Part shown: piece by piece, positions 7,591 through 17,602 of the stretch
Numbering within the stretch: position 1 is the first letter of the stretch
Layout: each line of letters starts with the position of its first letter
Assembly: GCA_044229335.1 (NCBI GenBank)
Contig: JBGATC010000018.1
Location: 530-64,529 of the forward strand
Direction of reading: 5' to 3'
Length of the DNA: 64,000 nt
From: Planctomycetaceae bacterium
GTDB taxonomy: Bacteria; Planctomycetota; Planctomycetia; Planctomycetales; Planctomycetaceae
Notes under the pieces: model-generated
What the model was told of the DNA's origin: nothing
What the model saw: only the letters and a program-made list of their open reading frames with translations
Databases searched by the model: none
Made by a program: the position numbers and the translations under genes

Positions 7591-10080
7591 TCAGTCCTGG
7601 AGATCACGTACCCGATCCAGCCAGGTTTCCCACTCGGACCGCGACAGGTTTGTCGTGGGAGCGAGAAATGCGGTGGCCGGAATCTGTTGCTGATCCAGGA
7701 TCACTTTGGCTTGTTCGAGCATGCTGCGGGCTTCCACCGCTTTGCCCAGTTGGGCATAGGCTTGAGCCATCTGGACATAAGCGGCCAGGACGCGGACGTC
7801 CTGCGGATGACGGCTGGCGGCGGCAGAAAACCCGGCGATCGCCTCCTGGTAGTGACCCAGCAGAAACTGTGTCTGCGGAATCTCGAACCAGGCGTTCTGC
7901 AGAATACGGGTCTCGACTTCGCTGAGCCGATCGAGCTGGGCCTGCGGAGCAAGTTGATCGCGAACCAACTGAAACTGTTCGAGCGCCCGGACCCACGTCC
8001 GGTCGCGCACGGCTTTGGTCTGTGCGCGGGCGTTGTCGGTTTCGGCGAGTTCCCATTGACGATGAAGTGCAGCCGCCCGCAAGAGGAGCGACTTCCCCAG
8101 GTAATACCGAGCTTCGGGTAACTGTTCCGATTGCGGATTCCGAGCGAGAAACTCTTCCCAGCGACGAACTGCTTCGCCGGTTCGCACTTCCACTTTGGTC
8201 CACATCGTCACCGCTTCCGGCCCACGGAGACGATCAGCCTGACGTTTCAATTGACCGGCGGTGTCGGTGAGGAGTCGCCCCAGACGATAGCTGGCGTCAC
8301 GCCATTCACTCGCTGTGGGAGAGAGTCGATCCGAGGCCAGCATCGCCCGCCAGGCCGCTTCGGCGTCTTCCACACGACCGTCTTCCAGAGCACATTGCCC
8401 GACCAGCAATTGCGCGAGATACGCGGCGGGATTCGTCGGCGAATTCTTCACGACGGAGGCCAGTTCCACCGCGGCCTCTTCATAACGGTCGAGATCAATC
8501 AGGACTTCCGCACGGCGGACCGTCGCCACGGGTCGCATCGCTTCAGTCGCTTCCAGCCGGTATTGGTCGTATTGACGCAGCGCCCGCGGAAAGTCGTAAC
8601 CGAGCCGAGCGTGTTCTGCGCTGCTCCACAAGGCTTCGGCAAAGTCATCCTTGTCACGACGCAGCTCAGCCAGCTTGGCATACGCAATGCCGCTCTCACG
8701 CCATCGACGACGGCGTTCCTCTTCGCGTTGCGAACGTTGGGTCATCGACGCTTCTGCGAGTTCCGCCGTCAGCGATTCCGCAGAACGCTGATGAGCCCGT
8801 GCCGCGAGCTCCATCGCCTGGTCACGCGGGAACAGGGGCGTCAGCATTTCCGAGAGGGCGATGGCTTCGGCGAAGCGTCCCGATTCAGACCAGTTCGTCC
8901 AGGCCGCGAGAATCCGCTGACGAAACTGTTCAATGCTCAACCAGCGATTGCGGAATTCTTCCGGTTTACGCACCGTACGCAGGACGGCCCCGAAGGAGCG
9001 GAGAGCCTTCTCGTGTGCACCGTCCTGCTGCTGCAGTCGGGCGAGAGACAATTCCGCGACAAGACCTTCATCCGACCGCTCGAAGCGAACGATCGTTTTC
9101 TGATAGAAATCTTCCGCGCGTTGATGAGACTCGGATTTTTCGGACTCGTTCGTGTCTGAACGCTCTGAATGCTGCTCGGCAGCCCAGCCGGCCAGATACA
9201 ACGCCTGTCGGGGGACCTGCTGATCGAGCAGATCATCGCCAGTGAGCGCGACCAGGATTTCGAGCGCTTCCGGGTAGCGTTGTTCCTTGAGCAGGATGCG
9301 GGCTTTGAGCAGCCGTCCGACCTGGTTTTGAGCCTGCAGATCGGAGATCTCGCTCATCACCGCTTCGGCTTCCACCGCGCGATTCAGGGAGAGAAGAATT
9401 TCGGCCTTTTGCAGCAAAGCCGCGTCTTTGGCCGTCGCATTCTGTTCGGAAGCTTTCAAGACTTCCGCATTGAGAGTCAACGCCTTCGCCAGCAGTTCCG
9501 GGGACTTCCAGCTCGGATCGAGATAAAGTTCTGCCAGCAGTTTCGCGGCATCGACTCGTCGAGCGGGATTGGTCTCGACTGCTTCTTCCAGCAAAGGTCG
9601 GGCAGCGGCCACAGCGAGCGATTGAAAGAGACTCTTTCCACAGGCATAGGCCCACTCGGGGCGGTATTTTGCCGGGAGGGCCTGTCGTTCGGCCTCCCGC
9701 AGATAACTGGCAGCGACCGCATATTGCGGAGCCAGATCGCTATGCGGGTCGGTCTCGGTCAATCGGAATGCGACCATCCCGAGGACGTATTCGACTCCAC
9801 CGCCAAAGTCGTCCGGACGATAATGCTGTTCTTCCAGGGACTTCGCGAGGTCACGGGCCGCCAGCCACTGTCGCTCTTCGAGCTTCTCCAGCATCTGCGC
9901 GAAGAGATCGGCCGGTTGCGGGGTCTCGGGCTGCGACAGAAACAAGGCGAGACCACCGCCCAGCAGCATCACACTGGTCGCCACCAACCCGATGACAAAC
10001 TTCCCGCCCGACAACAGTCGCGGACGGGCAGCTGCCGGAGTGGCAACAGGCGCAGCAGTGGTGTCGGGAGCGGTCGCCAT
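7591..10080 (-). CDS. TPR-repeat protein with an N-terminal membrane anchor
   Basis: The ORF track gives 7591-10227. The likely start is the Met at 10080 (MATAPDTT...), followed by the TM helix FVIGLVATSVMLLGGGLALFL. Many TPR-like A-x-x-x-Y/L-x-x-A helices follow. Confidence 0.75.
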   Translation of the reverse strand: MATAPDTTAAPVATPAAARPRLLSGGKFVIGLVATSVMLLGGGLALFLSQPETPQPADLFAQMLEKLEERQWLAARDLAKSLEEQHYRPDDFGGGVEYVLGMVAFRLTETDPHSDLAPQYAVAASYLREAERQALPAKYRPEWAYACGKSLFQSLAVAAARPLLEEAVETNPARRVDAAKLLAELYLDPSWKSPELLAKALTLNAEVLKASEQNATAKDAALLQKAEILLSLNRAVEAEAVMSEISDLQAQNQVGRLLKARILLKEQRYPEALEILVALTGDDLLDQQVPRQALYLAGWAAEQHSERSDTNESEKSESHQRAEDFYQKTIVRFERSDEGLVAELSLARLQQQDGAHEKALRSFGAVLRTVRKPEEFRNRWLSIEQFRQRILAAWTNWSESGRFAEAIALSEMLTPLFPRDQAMELAARAHQRSAESLTAELAEASMTQRSQREEERRRRWRESGIAYAKLAELRRDKDDFAEALWSSAEHARLGYDFPRALRQYDQYRLEATEAMRPVATVRRAEVLIDLDRYEEAAVELASVVKNSPTNPAAYLAQLLVGQCALEDGRVEDAEAAWRAMLASDRLSPTASEWRDASYRLGRLLTDTAGQLKRQADRLRGPEAVTMWTKVEVRTGEAVRRWEEFLARNPQSEQLPEARYYLGKSLLLRAAALHRQWELAETDNARAQTKAVRDRTWVRALEQFQLVRDQLAPQAQLDRLSEVETRILQNAWFEIPQTQFLLGHYQEAIAGFSAAASRHPQDVRVLAAYVQMAQAYAQLGKAVEARSMLEQAKVILDQQQIPATAFLAPTTNLSRSEWETWLDRVRDLQD

Positions 10081-10475
10081 GACGCGCAACAACCCTGAGT
10101 GGCAACGCATCCGCGCTGCACGATGTGGAGATGGAAATGAGATTCGAGAGAAAGGCGTTGGAACCAGTCGATGGGAGTCGTGACTGGGGTCACCGTCAGT
10201 CCGCAGACTGAAGGTGACTGCATTCACGGCACCCGCTGACGAGGGAATCTGTGACGAGAAAACGCCAACGACGTTCGCTCACGAGCAGTTTCCGCCGACA
10301 AGACGGATCAAAGTCAAATTGTGTTCGGACGGGAGAGGAATCAAGGCGGGCGGATTGATATCTGCAAAGGCTGCCGGATGTCAATTCCACTTCAGCATGA
10401 TTTGCCGAAGCAGCCCACCCCGCGTCAAATCGCTCCGACCTCGTGCGGGATGTCTCCACGCAAGGAGCCAATCCT

Positions 10476-11156
10476 TTAGGGATCCGCATGGATCATCGTC
10501 TGTGGGAGCGCGGCCCGTAGGGACTCCACGCCGGCTTTCGTGAGGAGCGTTCCCCGGACACCGATTTGTCGTAATTTTGGGTGTCCCGCCAACTTTGTCG
10601 CGACTGCATCGCCTACCGCCGAACCATCGAGCCAAAGCAATTCGAGGCTCGACAATCCTGCGAGGATCTCCAGGCAGTCATCATCGACCTGTGTCCCGTT
10701 CAATCCCAGACTCCGGAGCTTTTGCAAACCCGCAATGTAATTGACACCCACCGAGGTGATCGTTGTGTTGTAGAGCGAAAGCTCTTCCAGTTCGCTCAAG
10801 TCGGCGACATGTCGCAACCCGTCATCGGTGATCGGCGTGCTTTCGAGGTACAACATCTTCAACTTCGGCAGCGCCTGGAGGTTGGCCAAGCCCTCGTCGT
10901 TGCAGGTTGTGCTGCTCAACTTCAGCAGCGTGACTTCGCCTTGATCATTGAATTCCATCTCGGCACCGAATTGACGGAACGCCGCGACTGCCTGGTTGGC
11001 AGTAAGCGACTGCTTTGCAATCAGCGGCTGCAGTTGTGGCTGCGGTCGACTGCAGCCCGCCAGCGCGAGCAGGAGCAGGATCAGCCCGCCGACGAATCGT
11101 TGGGGACGGAGCCGGTCAATACGTACTGTCCCCCCATGGGAAACCATGCCAGCCAT
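10476..11156 (-). CDS. Leucine-rich-repeat lipoprotein
   Basis: The lipobox is LLLLALAGCS. Repeats of about 24 aa follow the L-x-x-L-x-L-x-x-T-x-I/V-T-D-x-G-L pattern. Confidence 0.8.
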   Translation of the reverse strand: MAGMVSHGGTVRIDRLRPQRFVGGLILLLLALAGCSRPQPQLQPLIAKQSLTANQAVAAFRQFGAEMEFNDQGEVTLLKLSSTTCNDEGLANLQALPKLKMLYLESTPITDDGLRHVADLSELEELSLYNTTITSVGVNYIAGLQKLRSLGLNGTQVDDDCLEILAGLSSLELLWLDGSAVGDAVATKLAGHPKLRQIGVRGTLLTKAGVESLRAALPQTMIHADP

Positions 11157-11821
11157 CTTTCCAGTATTGCCAGCGGACTCAACCGCGGCGGAACAAACAG
11201 AATGTGCTCCACAGGACCAGGCTGAATCCCGGCCTGCACCAGCAAACGCTGAGCCGCGCGATGGGACAGGAGATGCGCCTCCGCATCAATCGGCGTCGTC
11301 GAGACAACATATTGCGTGACCGGATTCCACGGGTTGTGCTCCATGATGCAGACCAGGCCCCCCGGACGCAATGTGCGTCGCACCTGTGTCATGAACACGG
11401 CCCGCTCGGCCGGAGCGACATGGTGCAGCACCGCGCAGAGCACCGCCACGTCGAAGGAACAGGGTCCGTAGGGCAGCGTGGCCGTCTCCGAAACGTCCCA
11501 GGTGATCGCTTCGGCCGCAGTTGCCTGCTCGCGGGCAACGCGAATCATTTCGACCGACACATCGCAGCCGGTCAGCGCGCCGGAGAACCCTGTGGCGCGA
11601 ACACCGCGCAGAAAGACCCCATCCCCGCAACCGACTTCCAGCAGGCGAAGATCAGCTTCAGCAATCCCATGAGTCGTGCGCCATTGCGTCAGCACACGGC
11701 GGAGCCAGTCGAGTTTCGGTTGGAGATACCCGGCCCGCGAATCACCCGCCCAGCGTTTCCATGGATGCTCCATTCCCGCGTCGTAGCCACGGGCGTATTG
11801 ATCAAATTCTGCGTCCGTCAT
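11081..11821 (-). CDS. Class I SAM-dependent methyltransferase
   Basis: Motif I is LLEVGCGDGVFL. The likely start is the Met at 11821 (MTDAEFDQYARGYD). It overlaps the 3' end of the GT2 gene by 20 nt. Confidence 0.8.
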   Translation of the reverse strand: MTDAEFDQYARGYDAGMEHPWKRWAGDSRAGYLQPKLDWLRRVLTQWRTTHGIAEADLRLLEVGCGDGVFLRGVRATGFSGALTGCDVSVEMIRVAREQATAAEAITWDVSETATLPYGPCSFDVAVLCAVLHHVAPAERAVFMTQVRRTLRPGGLVCIMEHNPWNPVTQYVVSTTPIDAEAHLLSHRAAQRLLVQAGIQPGPVEHILFVPPRLSPLAILERWLAWFPMGGQYVLTGSVPNDSSAG

Positions 11822-12800
11822 CGGCAGCCTCCGACGCTGGCGGAAGTGCGTCCCCCACGACCTCGGCAACGAGATACAGCGGCCGCCCACGAGTGTCTTC
11901 TGCGATCCGCAAGAGATAGGCCGATTGCACGCCCTGTCCCAGTAGAATCAACGTCGCTAACAGACAGAGACAGGTCGCCAGAAACGTCGCATCGCGCGAC
12001 CACCAGCCGAGACCGCCCCCCAGCCAGCAGGGCAGCAGTGCGAAGACCGCAACCCCGGCGGACCACCATGACCATGACAGCGGCGTGTAACTGCGGGCGA
12101 TCAACCCATCCCCCGCAAGTTGCAGCATCTTCCGCACCGTGTATTTGGTTTGACCAGCATATCTCGCCGCGCGATCGTAACGGACTTCTGCGGTCCGGAA
12201 GCCGATCCAATCGACCAGGCCCCGAAAGAACGGCCGTCGTTCCGGGAGTTGCAACAGGGCATCCAGTGCCGGTCGACCGAGTAAACGAAAGTCGCCACAG
12301 TTCGCCCGGATCGTCTGACTGCCAAGTTTCTGTAACAGCCAGTAATAGAGGTCCGCAGTCACGATCTTGAACCGGCTTTCCCCGGCACGCGAGGCGCGGA
12401 CTCCGAAGACCACATCGGCCCCGGCACGCCACGCCCGGACCATCTCCAGCACCACCGCAGGCGGGTCCTGCAGATCGGCATCCAGACAGACGATCGCGTC
12501 GCCACGACTCATTCGATAACCGCAAGATAAGGCCGCCTGATGGCCGAAGTTGCGTGACAGTCGAAACCCCCGCACGCGCGGATCGGCTTGGGCCGCGGCG
12601 GCGATCTCTTCCCAGGTCGTATCGCGGCTCCCGTCATCGACCAGCACGAATTCCGTTTGGTCTCCTGTCTGTTCAGCGATGGAGTCCGCCAATTCGCGCA
12701 GCGCGCGGACCAGCGGACCAATCACCCCGGCTTCATTGAAACAGGGAACGACCAGGGAAATGCAGCAGGCGGTTCCCCGATCCACCGTCGACTCCGACAT
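11802..12800 (-). CDS. GT2 polyprenyl-phosphate glycosyltransferase (GtrB/ArnC/DPM1-like)
   Basis: The sequence reads LVVPCFNE ... VLVDDGSRDTT ... RLSRNFGHQAALSCG ... CLDADLQDPP, followed by two C-terminal TM helices. Confidence 0.9.
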   Translation of the reverse strand: MSESTVDRGTACCISLVVPCFNEAGVIGPLVRALRELADSIAEQTGDQTEFVLVDDGSRDTTWEEIAAAAQADPRVRGFRLSRNFGHQAALSCGYRMSRGDAIVCLDADLQDPPAVVLEMVRAWRAGADVVFGVRASRAGESRFKIVTADLYYWLLQKLGSQTIRANCGDFRLLGRPALDALLQLPERRPFFRGLVDWIGFRTAEVRYDRAARYAGQTKYTVRKMLQLAGDGLIARSYTPLSWSWWSAGVAVFALLPCWLGGGLGWWSRDATFLATCLCLLATLILLGQGVQSAYLLRIAEDTRGRPLYLVAEVVGDALPPASEAADDGRRI

Positions 12801-12815
12801 TCCCGCCCCTCTGGC

Positions 12816-14036
12816 TCAGTAGTACCAGTACCAATTGCCGAACATCCCGGTATACGCGGCCATCAGGAGACCGGACAGCCCGACGACAACGTACCGCATC
12901 GGCCACGGGAGCCGTGCCAACAGATGGCCAAAGACCAGGTACATCGGCAGCACGACGCTCGCATACCGGGCCTGCGAGGCCATGCAGTTGCGATACCCCT
13001 GCGCGAGATACGGAACGGCCAGTAAGCCCGCTGCCAGTACCAGTTCCGAGCGGGTCAGCCATCCATTCCAGGCACCGAGTCCGATCGCTGCCACGGCGAT
13101 GGCGAAATAGATCGGGTTGGCGAACCACATGTTCCAGGCGGCATCGTCTTTCGGGGCATAGGTCTGCCAGTAACAAACCTTGCAGACCGGATCGTAGACA
13201 TCGGTGAACGGCCGCAAGGCGAGTTCGTCATACAACCGCTGGCTGCCAGTTGGAATCTTCCGCATGATCCAGTGTTTCTGTGCCAGCACAAATGCCAACG
13301 GTTCATCGAACTTGACCGCCTGAAAACTCATGAACGCGGCCAATCCCCATCCGGTGAGCGGCAGCCAGAGGAACTGCTTCCACCCGTCTCCATTCCGCCA
13401 GCGGACAAACGCTTCGACCGCCAGTACCGGGAAAAAAGCGACCCCGACACTGCGAATGGCGGTTGTCGCGCCGGCAAGGAACGCCACGATCCCGAAGTGT
13501 CGGCGTGTCTCCAGCGCCCACAGTGTTGTGAGGGCGGTCGCGAGAAACATCGATTCGGAATACGCCATCCGATGCCAGAAGGTTGTCGGGAAAAATGTGA
13601 ACGCCAGCAGCACACTGATTTCCGGCACTGTAGGGACGCCGGGCCGTTGTGGCAAATACGCTTGCCACATCACCAGGCTCAACAGGCAGCACCCGTGTGC
13701 GATGATGACTAACGCCGCCCGCACCGGCATCCCGGTTGTCGCGCTCAACCACGCCGTCAACGCGGGGTACGCTGGATAAAAGGCGATGCTCGACATCTTG
13801 CCAGGGTCATACTCGTACCCCTGGCTGGCAATCCGTTCGTACCACCACCCATCCCAGGCGTAGTAACCGTCCCAGTCCGTCCGCTTATCGGCCACGCCGT
13901 GATGATCGCGGCACAACACCCAATATTGCGACGCATAGACCAGACTATTGAAGATCAGCAGACTCGACAGCCCCCACAGCACCAGCGAGACTCCCCGCAG
14001 GGGTGGGCTGCACGAAGTGGCTGGTTTCAAGTCCAA
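12816..14036 (-). CDS. Polytopic GT-C type glycosyltransferase, PIG-V/mannosyltransferase-like
   Basis: 406 aa with at least 10 hydrophobic helices. The first loop contains WDGYYAWDGWWYERIASQGYEYD, which resembles the PIG-V family W-D-x-x-W-Y-x-x-I-A-x-x-G-Y motif. Confidence 0.7.
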   Translation of the reverse strand: MDLKPATSCSPPLRGVSLVLWGLSSLLIFNSLVYASQYWVLCRDHHGVADKRTDWDGYYAWDGWWYERIASQGYEYDPGKMSSIAFYPAYPALTAWLSATTGMPVRAALVIIAHGCCLLSLVMWQAYLPQRPGVPTVPEISVLLAFTFFPTTFWHRMAYSESMFLATALTTLWALETRRHFGIVAFLAGATTAIRSVGVAFFPVLAVEAFVRWRNGDGWKQFLWLPLTGWGLAAFMSFQAVKFDEPLAFVLAQKHWIMRKIPTGSQRLYDELALRPFTDVYDPVCKVCYWQTYAPKDDAAWNMWFANPIYFAIAVAAIGLGAWNGWLTRSELVLAAGLLAVPYLAQGYRNCMASQARYASVVLPMYLVFGHLLARLPWPMRYVVVGLSGLLMAAYTGMFGNWYWYY

Positions 14037-14282
14037 CGGTTGCTTTCAGCATCGAACCGGATGAATCCTGTGCGCAACTGTATCGCGTTCACATCCATAT
14101 CATGCCCACATGCACACTGACTGACAAGCTGCCCCCGTTTGCGGTCTTCGATCAAACGCCCCGTCGCTTTTTCGATCCACACTCTGCTCGGAGCGGCCTG
14201 ACTCTTGATCGACGGGACTCCAAATCCCTTGTGAATCGCCTTCAATCCTGCTTCAGGGCCATCGTCATTTTCTCAGTAGGTT

Positions 14283-14348
14283 GGGACGAGTCTTCGAGTC
14301 CCAAACGAACGCTGGGAAACTCCTTGGTGGGACTCGAAGACTCGTCCC
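14283..14348. repeat. Perfect 21-bp inverted repeat with a 24-nt loop
   Basis: gggacgagtcttcgagtccca (14283-14303) pairs with tgggactcgaagactcgtccc (14328-14348). Confidence 0.9.
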
Positions 14349-14454
14349 ACCTGACATTTCCCCTCTTGAAACATGCGTTGGCCCGGGATCTTGCATCCAG
14401 CACTGTTGGCAAGTCTTGATCGATCCGTCAGGATGCTGTGAACCATCTTGAGGA

Positions 14455-15987
14455 GTGCTGCTGATGTTCGCTCGCGCCCTGACGTGCCTGTTGCTGGTGA
14501 CCATGACGACCGCGGCAGCGGCGGAACGCCCCAACGTCCTGCTGATCTGCGTGGATGACTTGAAGCCGCTGCTCGGGTGCTACGGTGACCCGCTGGCGAA
14601 GACGCCACACATCGACCGCTTTGCGCAACGGGCGCTGCGGTTTGATCGGGCCTACTGCAACCAGGCGGTCTGTTCCCCCTCGCGGAATTCGCTGCTCGTT
14701 GGACAGCGACCGCAGACGCTGGGGATCTACGATCTCGGCACGAACTTCCGCAAAGCGCGACCGGATGCCGTGACGCTGCCCCAGCTCTTTCAACAGCAGG
14801 GCTACAAGACCGAAGCGCTCGGCAAGATCTTCCATGTCGGGCACGGGAATCACGAAGATCCGATCTCGTGGAGCGTGCCGCACTGGAAGTCGAATGTCGT
14901 TTCGTACGCACTCCCGGAAAGTCGGGCGCCACAGGGGCTGACGCGGGAAGAAGCCCGCTTTGCCAATCAGTCCGCTGACAAACTTCCCAAGGGAGCCGCC
15001 TACGAAGCGGCCGATGTCGCGGACAATGCGTATCCCGATGGGGCCGTCGCCGAAGAAGCCATCCGCCGATTACAGGCGGCCAGCCAGAGTGCGACCCCGT
15101 TCTTCCTCGCGGTTGGGTTTGTGAAGCCGCATCTTCCGTTCGTCGCACCGCAGCGCTATTGGGACCTGCATGATCGCGCCGCGTTTCCGCTCGCAGCTCG
15201 ACGCACTCCCCCCGAAGGGGCACCCGGCTATGCTCCCCAGTTTGGTGGAGAACTCCGTCAGTACCGCGACATCCCCGAACAGGGAGCGCTCGAGGAGGAC
15301 CTCCAGCGCACGCTGATCCACGGCTATTACGCTGCGACCAGCTACCTCGACGCGCAGGTCGGAAAACTCCTGGCATCGCTGACCGAGTTGAAACTGGACC
15401 AGAACACGATCGTGCTCCTCTGGGGCGACCATGGCTGGCATCTGGGCGATCATGGCATGTGGTGCAAACATACGAATTATGAACAGGCGGCCCGCATTCC
15501 ACTCCTGGTTGCGGCTCCCGGCCTCGCAACGGGAAAAGTCACCGGAGCGATGGTCGAGACGGTCGACATCTATCCCACGCTCTGTGAACTGGCCGGGCTG
15601 ACGCCTCCCGCAGCACTCGATGGCCGCAGCTTTGTTCCCGTGCTGAAAGATCCGGCAACCACGACCCGCGATCATATCATTCACGTCTATCCGCGCAGCC
15701 GCCCCGGTGACGGACCGATCCTCGGACGGGCCCTACGGACAGGTCGTTACCGTCTGGTCGAATGGAAGAAGATCGGGGCACCGACCGAGACTGCGGAGTA
15801 CGAACTCTACGATTATGTCGAGGACCCGCAGGAGACCCGCAATCTGGCGACGAGCCATCCGATGATAGTGGCCGACCTCGCAGCGCTCCTGGCGAAACAT
15901 CCCGAAGCGAAACCGCAGATTTCCGCAGCGAATCCGGCTCCCAGCAAGAAGGCGGGTGGGAAAGCGAAGAAGAAGGACGCCCCCTAA
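14455..15987 (+). CDS. Sulfatase (formylglycine-dependent, iduronate-2-sulfatase-like)
   Basis: It has a signal peptide, then PNVLLICVDDLKP and the C-x-P-x-R motif in NQAVCSPSRNSLLVGQRP. Confidence 0.9.
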   Translation: MLLMFARALTCLLLVTMTTAAAAERPNVLLICVDDLKPLLGCYGDPLAKTPHIDRFAQRALRFDRAYCNQAVCSPSRNSLLVGQRPQTLGIYDLGTNFRKARPDAVTLPQLFQQQGYKTEALGKIFHVGHGNHEDPISWSVPHWKSNVVSYALPESRAPQGLTREEARFANQSADKLPKGAAYEAADVADNAYPDGAVAEEAIRRLQAASQSATPFFLAVGFVKPHLPFVAPQRYWDLHDRAAFPLAARRTPPEGAPGYAPQFGGELRQYRDIPEQGALEEDLQRTLIHGYYAATSYLDAQVGKLLASLTELKLDQNTIVLLWGDHGWHLGDHGMWCKHTNYEQAARIPLLVAAPGLATGKVTGAMVETVDIYPTLCELAGLTPPAALDGRSFVPVLKDPATTTRDHIIHVYPRSRPGDGPILGRALRTGRYRLVEWKKIGAPTETAEYELYDYVEDPQETRNLATSHPMIVADLAALLAKHPEAKPQISAANPAPSKKAGGKAKKKDAP

Positions 15988-16026
15988 CACAGTGACCTCG
16001 GGCGGAGTGGTAGCGCTGCCAGGCAT

Positions 16027-16093
16027 GAGCGGTACGGCGCTAGCCGCCGGTTCCGTTGAAACAGAGACACCGGCGGCTAGCGCCGTGCCGCTC
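16027..16093 (+). other. 25-bp stem-loop between the sulfatase and the downstream gene
   Basis: gagcggtacggcgctagccgccggt (16027-16051) pairs with accggcggctagcgccgtgccgctc (16069-16093). Pairing is 24 of 25, with one G-T. The loop is 17 nt. It may act as a terminator or attenuator. Confidence 0.6.
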
Positions 16094-16121
16094 AATACGG
16101 AAGACGACCAGGAGGATCCTC

Positions 16122-17573
16122 ATGCGTGAGACAACTCTGACGGGTACCCTGTTCTGCCTCGCGATGGCCTCGATGACGTGGGGTGCCGAACCGGACGACC
16201 TGCACGTCGCGGCGAAGCGTGCGCTGTTACTGGGCGTGAAATTCTACCATGAACAAGCCGCTTCCCACGGCGGTTACGTCTATCGCTACAGTTCCGATCT
16301 GCAGAAGCAGGAAGGCGAAGGGGTCACCACGCCACAAACGGTGTGGGTCCAGCCGCCGGGGACCCCATCCGTTGGCGAGGCGTATCTCCGCGCGTGGCAA
16401 CGGACGAAAGACCCCGCCTGTCTCGCTGCAGCACAGGCCGCTGCCGAGTGTCTGCGACACGGTCAGTATCGCAGTGGCGGTTGGAACGCGAGTATCGAGT
16501 TCGAGCCGGCCGAGCGGGCGAAGCACGCCTATCGCGTCGATCCTCCGGCTCCCAAAAAACGCCAGCGGAACACGTCTTCTCTCGACGATGATAAAACGCA
16601 GTCAGCACTCCGCTTCCTGATGCGTCTCGATCACGCGCTCGGCCAGAAGGATCAGCGACTGCATGAAACGACCGAGTTCGCGTTGAACTCACTGTTGGCG
16701 GCCCAGTTTCCGAATGGTGCCTGGGCACAGGTCTGGGTCGAACCGGCGGACATGACGCAGCCAACCGATCGGAAGGCCCGCTTTCCGGAGACGTGGCCAC
16801 GCGAATATCCCGGCGGCGATTACTGGTTCCACTACACATTCAACGATAACAACATCAGCGAAACGATCACCACGTTGTTCCTCGCGGAAGCAATCTACGG
16901 TGGCGGGCGCTATCGGGCTGCGGCGAAGAAAGCGGGCGAGTTCATCCTCGTGGCTCAACTCCCCGAACCGCAACCCGCGTGGGCGCAACAGTACAACTTT
17001 GCGATGGAACCAGTCTGGGCCCGCAAATTCGAGCCGCCCGCCGTCACGGGAGGCGAGTCGCAAAAGCTGCTCGACTCGCTGATGCTGTTGACGACCGAAC
17101 TTCAGGATCGCCGCTTTCTGGAACCGATCCCGCGGGCTCTGGCATATCTCCGGAAGTCACAACTCCCCGATGGTCAGCTCGCGCGGTTTTATGAACTGCA
17201 GACGAATCGTCCGCTCTACTTCACAAAGACATATCAACTGACCTACACCGACGATGATCTGCCGACGCATTACGGATTTCAGGTTCCCAGCAAACTCGAT
17301 TCGATCGAAGGTCGCTTCAAGTCCCTCGACAAGAAACCGGTCGAGAAACTCAAAGGGCGGAACTGGCTCGCGGATGAACTTCCCCGCGCAGCCTCCTTGG
17401 AAGCCGCCGTGCGGAAGATCGTTGCGGCCCAGGACGAGCGCGGGGCATGGGTCGAAGACGGCAAACTGCAGTATCACGGAAAAGGTGATACGACACGCCA
17501 CGTGATCGAAAGCGCTACGTTCATCAAGCACCTCGACACACTCAGCCAGTACCTGGCAGCAGACACGCCGTAA
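16122..17573 (+). CDS. Secreted alpha/alpha-toroid protein, pectate lyase PelA/Pel-15E (PL10)-like
   Basis: I chose the Met at 16122, which is preceded by ggagga at 16111-16116. It has a signal peptide. The segments SSLDDDKTQSALRFLMRLD and AAQFPNGAWAQVW resemble PL10 motifs. The family assignment is tentative. Confidence 0.5.
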   Translation: MRETTLTGTLFCLAMASMTWGAEPDDLHVAAKRALLLGVKFYHEQAASHGGYVYRYSSDLQKQEGEGVTTPQTVWVQPPGTPSVGEAYLRAWQRTKDPACLAAAQAAAECLRHGQYRSGGWNASIEFEPAERAKHAYRVDPPAPKKRQRNTSSLDDDKTQSALRFLMRLDHALGQKDQRLHETTEFALNSLLAAQFPNGAWAQVWVEPADMTQPTDRKARFPETWPREYPGGDYWFHYTFNDNNISETITTLFLAEAIYGGGRYRAAAKKAGEFILVAQLPEPQPAWAQQYNFAMEPVWARKFEPPAVTGGESQKLLDSLMLLTTELQDRRFLEPIPRALAYLRKSQLPDGQLARFYELQTNRPLYFTKTYQLTYTDDDLPTHYGFQVPSKLDSIEGRFKSLDKKPVEKLKGRNWLADELPRAASLEAAVRKIVAAQDERGAWVEDGKLQYHGKGDTTRHVIESATFIKHLDTLSQYLAADTP

Positions 17574-17602
17574 CCGTCGCTGCTCAGACTCTTTTCGGCC
17601 AC

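Noticed and set aside
6412-8121. Long ORFs antisense to confident genes. Examples: 6412-8121(+), 8131-9159(+), 11015-12370(+), 14273-15529(-), 20282-21517(+), 21593-22942(+), 27014-28123(-), 30860-31930(-), 41509-42831(+), 44312-45676(-), 45689-46750(-), 58954-60234(+).
   Set aside because: They overlap genes that carry strong family motifs on the other strand. Their translations are Arg/Pro/Gly/Ser-rich low-complexity sequence with no recognisable motifs. Such shadow ORFs are expected in ~60% GC DNA.
14027-14245. 72-aa minus-strand ORF in the long spacer upstream of the sulfatase.
   Set aside because: It has no recognisable motif and overlaps the start of the GT-C gene. Its composition is unremarkable. 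I kept it only as a note within the spacer finding.
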